The position numbers were made by a program, and so were the translations under genes. From the NCBI GenBank assembly GCA_014251975.1, contig CP059204.1:240001-272000 (forward strand): a stretch of 32,000 nucleotides of DNA, given 5' to 3'. Within the stretch, counting starts at the first letter, position 1, and every line of letters starts with the position of its first letter. The notes below the pieces were generated by a model. It ran no database searches, was not told the DNA's origin, and saw nothing but the letters and a program-made list of their open reading frames with translations. Positions 26,138 through 32,000 of the stretch are shown here, in pieces. This DNA is from Blattabacterium cuenoti (GTDB lineage: Bacteria > Bacteroidota > Bacteroidia > Flavobacteriales > Blattabacteriaceae).

Positions 26138-29100
26138 TTACAATTTATATTCATCCCAAGATTTTATCAATAATTGTTTAATAGATAAATTACAAAATGC
26201 TTCTATAAAAATTTTTGCTAAACGTACATTTGTTAACAATGGTATATAAAAATCTACTGCATAACGTCTAATCATATAATCATTATTTAACTCAATTTTA
26301 CTTAAGTCTTTAGGTATATTAATAATTAAATCAAATTTTCGATTTTCTATTAGTTTTATTACATTTAATTTATTTTTAACATTTGACCCAAAAACTTTTA
26401 TAGATGAAATACCTTTTTTATAAAGAAATTTTTGAGTTTCATCAGTAGCATATAAAACATATCCTTTTCTATTTAATAGTTTTATAACATCTAAAAGTTC
26501 TAACTTAGATTTTTTTGAACCACCAGATATTAATATATTTTTTTTAGGTATTGTATACCCTACTGATATCATTGATTTTAAAAGCGCTTCTTCCAAAGTA
26601 TTTCCTAAACATGCTACTTCTCCAGTAGAAGTCATATCTACTCCTAATATAGGATCAGTGTTATGTAATCTAGAAAAAGAAAATTGAGATGCTTTAACTC
26701 CAAAAAAATCATATTCCAACATATTATTTGTTATTTTATCTTTTTTTTTCCCTAAAATAACTTGAGTAGCTAATTCAACAAGATTGAATTTTGATATTTT
26801 AGATACAAAAGGAAAGCTTCTAGAAGCTCTTAAATTACATTCAATTACTTTTATATCATTTTTTTTATATAAGAATTGAATATTAAATGGACCAGATATT
26901 TTGAAATATTTGGATATTTTTTTAGATATATTAATAATTTCTTTTAAAATAGATAAATAAATATTATGTGGAGGATAAACTAATGTAGAATCACCTGAAT
27001 GAACTCCAGCAAATTCTACATGTTCAGATATAGCGTAGTACAAAATATTACCCATTTGAGCAACAGCATCAAATTCAATTTCTTTTGCATTTTCTATAAA
27101 TTCAGTTATAGTTAACGATAATTTACTAGATAGCTTTATATTATTTATATAATTTTTTAATTCTTCTTTATTAGAAATAACATACATGTTTGATCCAGAT
27201 AGTACATAAGAAGGTCTTATTAAGATAGGATACCCTACTTTTGTTATAAAATCTGATATAGCCTTATAATTATTATGTAATTTTTTCCATCTAGGTTGTT
27301 TTATATTAAGGTTATCTAAAATTTGTGAAAATTTATATCTATCTTCTACTTTATCTATACAACATGGAGAAGTACCCAGAATATTTATTTTGTTTTTATA
27401 TAATTTTATCACCAAATTATTAGGAATTTGTCCCCCCATAGATACAATAACACCTTTTGGATTTTCTAGTTCAACTATATCTAATATTCTTTCTAAAGAT
27501 AACTCTTCAAAATATAGTCTATCACATATATCAAAATCAGTACTAACTGTTTCTGGATTATAATTAATCATAACTGATCTAAATTTTTCTTTGTTTACAG
27601 TATACAATGCGTTAACACAACACCAGTCAAATTCTACACTACTTCCAATTCTATATACTCCAGATCCCAATATTATAACAGATTTTTTATCGTTTTTATA
27701 ATTTATATCATTTTCTATTGAATGATAAGTTAGATATAAATAATTTGTGTTAGAAGGATATTCAGACGCTAGTGTATCAATTTGTCTAACGTGAGGTACT
27801 ATATTTTGTTTTTTACGATATTCTCTTATTTCTTTTTCTAAATAAAATATATTCTTCTTAAATATTTTTTTTCTTATGAAAATATTTGCAATTTGCATAT
27901 CAGAAAATCCTTCTTGTTTAGATTTTTTTAATAATTCATGTGGTATTTTACTCCAATTATCAAAATAATCTATACTTTTTTCTGTTTGAAAAATATTATA
28001 TAACTGATATAAAAACCATGGATCAATTTTTGTCAAGTTATGAATTTCTTCAACAGATATACCTTGTCTAAAAGCTTTTTCTAAAAAAAAAATTCTTTTA
28101 TCAGTAGGATGTTTTAAATACCTTTTAAGTTCATATAAATTAATAAATGCATCTTCTTCATTTATATTAACAAACCCTTGCAACCCTATATCTAACATAC
28201 GTATACCTTTTTGTATAGCTTCTTCAAAAGAACCTCCTATCGCCATTACTTCTCCTACACTCTTCATACTACTACCTATTTTTGTAGAAACTCCATAAAA
28301 TTTATCAAGATCCCATCTAGGTATTTTACATACAACATAATCTAATGCAGGTTCAAAAAAAGCTGTAGTATTTTTAGTAACAGAATTTTTCAATTCATGT
28401 AAACCGTATCCTATAGATAATTTAGCAGCAATAAAGGCTAATGGATATCCTGTTGCTTTAGATGCTAAAGCACTGGAACGAGAAAGACGAGAATTCATTT
28501 CTATAACTCTATAATCTTCTGATTTAAAGTCTAATGCAAATTGAACATTGCATTCTCCAATAATATTAAAATTTTTAGCAATAGATATAGCTAAACTCCT
28601 TAGTTTAAAATATTCATAATTTGTTAAAGTTTGAGATGGAGCAACAACAATACTTTCACCTGTATGTATCCCTATAGGATCAAAGTTTTCCATATTACAT
28701 ACAGATATACAATTATCATATTTATCTCTAACTATCTCATATTCTATTTCTTTCCATCCTTCTAAATATTCTTCTATCAAAACATTAGAAGAATTAGATA
28801 GAGCATTATAAGTTATTTTTTTTAAATCATTAACATTATTTGCCAATCCACTTCCTAAACCACCTAAAGTATAAGCAGATCTAATGATAACAGGAAATCC
28901 TATTTTTTTTGCATAATGTATAGCTTTATCTACAGTATGTACAATATAACTTTTAGCTGTTTTAATATTAATAGAATATAATTTTTTTCTAAATAAATTT
29001 CTATCTTCACTTTGAATAATTGAATTTATAGAAGTTCCTAATACTTTAATTTTATATTTTTCTAAAATACCTTCTCTAAATAGTTGTACACCACAATTTA

Positions 29101-29380
29101 ATGCGGTTTGCCCACCAAAAGAAAGTAAAATACCATTTGGTTTTTCTCTATCTATAACATTTTTAATAAAAAAAATATCTAAAGGTAGAAAATATACTTT
29201 ATCAGCTATATTTTGTGAAGTTTGTACAGTAGCAATATTTGGATTAATTAATACAGTATAAATATTTTCTTCTTTAATAGCTTTTAAAGCTTGTGTTCCT
29301 GAATAATCAAATTCTCCAGCTTCTCCTATTTTTAGAGCACCAGACCCTAAAATAAGTATTTTATTTATACTTTTTATCAT
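26138..29380 (-). CDS. carB: carbamoyl-phosphate synthase large subunit
   Basis: 1080 aa. Two ATP-grasp halves (ILILGSGALKIGEAGEFDYSGTQ and VIILGSGVYRIGSSVEFDWC), an oligomerisation domain and a C-terminal MGS-like allosteric domain. Confidence 0.97.
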   Translation of the reverse strand: MIKSINKILILGSGALKIGEAGEFDYSGTQALKAIKEENIYTVLINPNIATVQTSQNIADKVYFLPLDIFFIKNVIDREKPNGILLSFGGQTALNCGVQLFREGILEKYKIKVLGTSINSIIQSEDRNLFRKKLYSINIKTAKSYIVHTVDKAIHYAKKIGFPVIIRSAYTLGGLGSGLANNVNDLKKITYNALSNSSNVLIEEYLEGWKEIEYEIVRDKYDNCISVCNMENFDPIGIHTGESIVVAPSQTLTNYEYFKLRSLAISIAKNFNIIGECNVQFALDFKSEDYRVIEMNSRLSRSSALASKATGYPLAFIAAKLSIGYGLHELKNSVTKNTTAFFEPALDYVVCKIPRWDLDKFYGVSTKIGSSMKSVGEVMAIGGSFEEAIQKGIRMLDIGLQGFVNINEEDAFINLYELKRYLKHPTDKRIFFLEKAFRQGISVEEIHNLTKIDPWFLYQLYNIFQTEKSIDYFDNWSKIPHELLKKSKQEGFSDMQIANIFIRKKIFKKNIFYLEKEIREYRKKQNIVPHVRQIDTLASEYPSNTNYLYLTYHSIENDINYKNDKKSVIILGSGVYRIGSSVEFDWCCVNALYTVNKEKFRSVMINYNPETVSTDFDICDRLYFEELSLERILDIVELENPKGVIVSMGGQIPNNLVIKLYKNKINILGTSPCCIDKVEDRYKFSQILDNLNIKQPRWKKLHNNYKAISDFITKVGYPILIRPSYVLSGSNMYVISNKEELKNYINNIKLSSKLSLTITEFIENAKEIEFDAVAQMGNILYYAISEHVEFAGVHSGDSTLVYPPHNIYLSILKEIINISKKISKYFKISGPFNIQFLYKKNDIKVIECNLRASRSFPFVSKISKFNLVELATQVILGKKKDKITNNMLEYDFFGVKASQFSFSRLHNTDPILGVDMTSTGEVACLGNTLEEALLKSMISVGYTIPKKNILISGGSKKSKLELLDVIKLLNRKGYVLYATDETQKFLYKKGISSIKVFGSNVKNKLNVIKLIENRKFDLIINIPKDLSKIELNNDYMIRRYAVDFYIPLLTNVRLAKIFIEAFCNLSIKQLLIKSWDEYKL

Positions 29381-29396
29381 ACTATTTCATAAATTC

Positions 29397-30497
29397 TTAT
29401 TTTATAACTTTATCAACTAAATTGATAAAAAAATCGAATAAAAATTCTGTATCCCTAGGCCCACTAGTAGCTTCTGGATGAAATTGTACAGAAAAAAATG
29501 GTTTTTCTTCATGAAAAATACCTTCACAAGTATTGTCATTTAAATTTATAAAAAAAATTTTCCATTTTTTATACATATTTTTAGGATCTAATCCATATCC
29601 ATGATTCTGTGATGTAATAAAATTTTTACCTGTTTTTAAACACATAACAGGCTGATTATGGCTTCTATGAGCGTATTTTAATTTATAAGTGTCTCCTCCT
29701 GCAGCAACACCCAAAAGTTGATTACCAAGACATATACCAAATATAGGTAGTTTTTTTTTCATAGCTTGTTGTATATAGTATATTGGTTTTTTATAAATTT
29801 TTGGATTTCCAGGCCCATTAGATATAAGTAGTCCATCATACTTTTCTTTTGTAAAGTCATAATTCCATGGTACCCTTATAATAGTACAATCTCTTTTCAA
29901 TAAAGATCGTAAAATATTATTTTTTACACCAAAATCCAAAAGTAATATTCTATATTTACCATTTCCATATAATACTTTTTTATTAATAGTAACTTTATCA
30001 GAAAGATTATATTTATTAGGATCGTAGAAAGGTAAATCTTCTTTACCTACTAAAATTTTACCTAACATAGATCCACCTTTTTTTCTAAGTTTTCTTGCTA
30101 TAAACCTAGTATCAATTCCATATAATCCAGGTATTTTATTGTTTAATAAATATTTATGTAATGATTGATAAATATTCCAATGATATGGATTATAAGAATA
30201 ATAAGAAATAACTAAACCAGATATTTGAACTTTATTAGATTCATAAAATTTATAAATATAATTTGTTTTGGTAGTAACAAAAGGTGGAGGAATACCATAA
30301 TTTCCTATACTTGGATAAGTATAAACTAAAATTTGTCCTTTATAAGACGGATCAGTTATACTTTCTACATATCCAGTCATAGAAGTAGTAAAAACTACTT
30401 CTCCAGAAGTAGATACTATTGATCCAAAAATATAAGATTCATATGTGCTACCATCTTCAAAAACTAGTTTTCCTTTTTTTTTGTGATAATTTTTCAT
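29397..30497 (-). CDS. carA: carbamoyl-phosphate synthase small (glutamine amidotransferase) subunit
   Basis: 366 aa. Triad-type GATase motifs: GICLGNQLL (catalytic Cys), HRSHNQPV, QFHPEA. Confidence 0.95.
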   Translation of the reverse strand: MKNYHKKKGKLVFEDGSTYESYIFGSIVSTSGEVVFTTSMTGYVESITDPSYKGQILVYTYPSIGNYGIPPPFVTTKTNYIYKFYESNKVQISGLVISYYSYNPYHWNIYQSLHKYLLNNKIPGLYGIDTRFIARKLRKKGGSMLGKILVGKEDLPFYDPNKYNLSDKVTINKKVLYGNGKYRILLLDFGVKNNILRSLLKRDCTIIRVPWNYDFTKEKYDGLLISNGPGNPKIYKKPIYYIQQAMKKKLPIFGICLGNQLLGVAAGGDTYKLKYAHRSHNQPVMCLKTGKNFITSQNHGYGLDPKNMYKKWKIFFINLNDNTCEGIFHEEKPFFSVQFHPEATSGPRDTEFLFDFFINLVDKVIK

Positions 30498-31639
30498 TTT
30501 AATTTATCTATATAGGATAAAGCATTTTTTAATTTTTTTGAAAATAATTCTATATGTTTTTCTTTAATAATTAAAGGTGGTAGTAAACGCAATACATATG
30601 GATTATTTGATAATCCAACAAATACTTTTTCTTTATGAATTAAAATACTTTTTAATTGTTTAACATGAAAATTAAATTCTAATCCTAACATAAGCCCTTT
30701 ACCTCTAATTCTTTTTATGTTAGGTATTAAACATAATTTTTTAAAAAGCAAGTTGCCCATTATTTTTGCATTTTCTATAAGATTTTCTTTTTTAATAATT
30801 TTCAAAACAGAAACACCAGATACACAAGATAAATAATTACCACCAAAAGTGCTACCTAACATACCATTATACGATTTAAATTTTGGATTAATTAATACTC
30901 CTCCTATAGGGTATCCATTACCCATACCCTTTGCAATAGTTATTAAATCTGGAGTTACAGGATAATACTGATGAGAAAAAAATTTACCTGTTCTACCATA
31001 ACCACTTTGCACTTCATCTAAAATCAATAATGTATTATATTTTTTACAAAGTTTATTAACTGAACTAAAAAATGAATAACCTGGGTCTATAATACCTGAT
31101 ATCCCTTGTATCCCTTCAGTAATTATAGCACATATATCACCATTTTTTAAATATTTTTCTAAAATATCAATATCCTTATAATTTATCTTAATTGTATTAT
31201 GTTGAATATCAAAAGAAGAAGTTATTTTATAATTATCTGTTATAGATGCACTACCACTAGTTCTACCATGAAAAGATCCTTTAAAAAAAATAATTTTTCT
31301 TTTACCTGTATAAATAGAAGCTATCTTTAGTGCATTCTCATTTGATTCTGTTCCAGAATTACAAATAAATAAAAAATAATTTTTATATCCTGATATTTCT
31401 CCTAGAAGAGATGCTAATTTATGTTGTTGATTTATTATAATACTATTTGAATAGTAAGATATTTTATTAAGTTGTTTTTTTATTGAATAAACATAATATG
31501 AATTAGTATGTCCAATAGAAATAACTGCATGTCCTCCATAAAAATCTAAATATTTTTCTCCATTTTTATCAAATACATACATCCCTTTACCTCTATCTAT
31601 TTCTATATTTTCAATAGAATACACATTAAATAATTTCAT
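30494..31639 (-). CDS. argD: acetylornithine (acyl-ornithine) aminotransferase, class III PLP enzyme
   Basis: 381 aa. NSGTESNENALKIA, DEVQSGYGRTGKFF and the PLP-Lys region TIAKGMGNGYPIGG. It sits between argC and carA. Confidence 0.9.
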   Translation of the reverse strand: MKLFNVYSIENIEIDRGKGMYVFDKNGEKYLDFYGGHAVISIGHTNSYYVYSIKKQLNKISYYSNSIIINQQHKLASLLGEISGYKNYFLFICNSGTESNENALKIASIYTGKRKIIFFKGSFHGRTSGSASITDNYKITSSFDIQHNTIKINYKDIDILEKYLKNGDICAIITEGIQGISGIIDPGYSFFSSVNKLCKKYNTLLILDEVQSGYGRTGKFFSHQYYPVTPDLITIAKGMGNGYPIGGVLINPKFKSYNGMLGSTFGGNYLSCVSGVSVLKIIKKENLIENAKIMGNLLFKKLCLIPNIKRIRGKGLMLGLEFNFHVKQLKSILIHKEKVFVGLSNNPYVLRLLPPLIIKEKHIELFSKKLKNALSYIDKLK

Positions 31640-31652
31640 TTTTTTTGTAATT

Positions 31653-32000
31653 TTAAAAACAAATAGATTTTAGATTTTTTAAACCATAAGTCTCATCTAT
31701 ATTAAACATTAGATTCATATTTTGTATAGCTTGCCCTGAAGCTCCCTTTATAAGATTATCTATTATACTTACAACAATTAATTTATTTTTTTCTTTTCTA
31801 AGATATAAAATACATTTGTTTGTATTTATTACTTGTTTTAAATCAATATCAAAATCAGAAATTTTGACAAATGGATGGTTATAATAATATTCTTTATATA
31901 TTTTTTTATTTTCCTCCAAAGAAAAAATAGAATTTGTATACATAGTTGATATAATTCCTCTTGAAAAATTACCTCTGTAAGGAATAAAATATATTTTTGA
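31653..32000 (-). CDS. argC: N-acetyl-gamma-glutamyl-phosphate reductase, C-terminal part (N-terminus lies beyond the window end)
   Basis: The ORF track shows 31653-31943. My translation shows the frame stays open upstream to 32000 (SKIYFIPYRGNFSRGIISTMYTN...). The C-terminal NLIKGASGQAIQNMNLMF matches the ArgC signature DNLxKGAAGQAxQNMN. Confidence 0.88.
   Translation of the reverse strand, partial: SKIYFIPYRGNFSRGIISTMYTNSIFSLEENKKIYKEYYYNHPFVKISDFDIDLKQVINTNKCILYLRKEKNKLIVVSIIDNLIKGASGQAIQNMNLMFNIDETYGLKNLKSICF

Noticed and set aside
1-32000. Search for defence, toxin-antitoxin, secretion, phage, transposon or CRISPR content, or an unassigned gene cluster that could be a novel system
   Set aside because: Every substantial ORF has a confident housekeeping or biosynthetic assignment. 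Spacers are mostly under 20 bp, the longest being about 60-146 bp. I saw no inverted-repeat-bounded segments, integrase or transposase motifs, or spaced repeat arrays.

Overview
This window is extremely AT-rich (about 15-17% GC in hand-counted 60-nt lines of poorly conserved genes, about 28-38% in conserved cores) and very gene-dense (roughly 95% coding by eye). It has no mobile elements, CRISPR array, rRNA genes, or orphan ORFs of meaningful size. The content is that of a strongly reduced obligate-endosymbiont genome. Several traits point to Bacteroidota/Flavobacteriales, such as a Blattabacterium- or Sulcia-like insect nutritional symbiont. These are a pheA-aminotransferase-tyrA-DAHP synthase/chorismate mutase operon, rpsF-rpsR-rplI with no gene between them, and a non-canonical argF'-type transcarbamylase. 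The exact lineage cannot be named from sequence alone. I call 28 protein genes and 2 tRNAs. On the minus strand, 1-10844 holds rpe, fabI, metK, the four-gene Phe/Tyr terminal-branch operon, rplI-rpsR-rpsF, gltX and mnmE. On the plus strand, 10907-17683 holds prmC, ligA, lon, lysA and tRNA-Ser(UGA). Next come metG (-), a stand-alone 5'-3' exonuclease (+), nadD (-), ftsK (+), tRNA-Asp(GUC) (-) and trxA (-). A seven-gene minus-strand arginine operon, argC-argD-carA-carB-argF'-argB-argE, runs from 23317 to the window end. I found no convincing novel multi-gene system: every ORF over 100 aa that is not an antisense shadow has a clear housekeeping or biosynthetic assignment. The most interesting signals are as follows. 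(1) Two otherwise well-conserved genes, prmC and ftsK, are broken by single-nucleotide frameshifts at or near long A/T homopolymers, and many in-frame tracts of 10-12 nt sit in intact genes. Together these suggest slippage-dependent expression or incipient pseudogenisation. (2) Several proteins show domain loss: PolA is reduced to its exonuclease domain, FtsK lacks the gamma domain, and MetRS lacks its C-terminal appendage. (3) Some conserved motifs are altered: thioredoxin CTPC, the PheA ACT-domain QSIP, and an argF' that lacks the ornithine SMG motif. (4) There are small direct repeats in the pheA-operon and lon leader regions.
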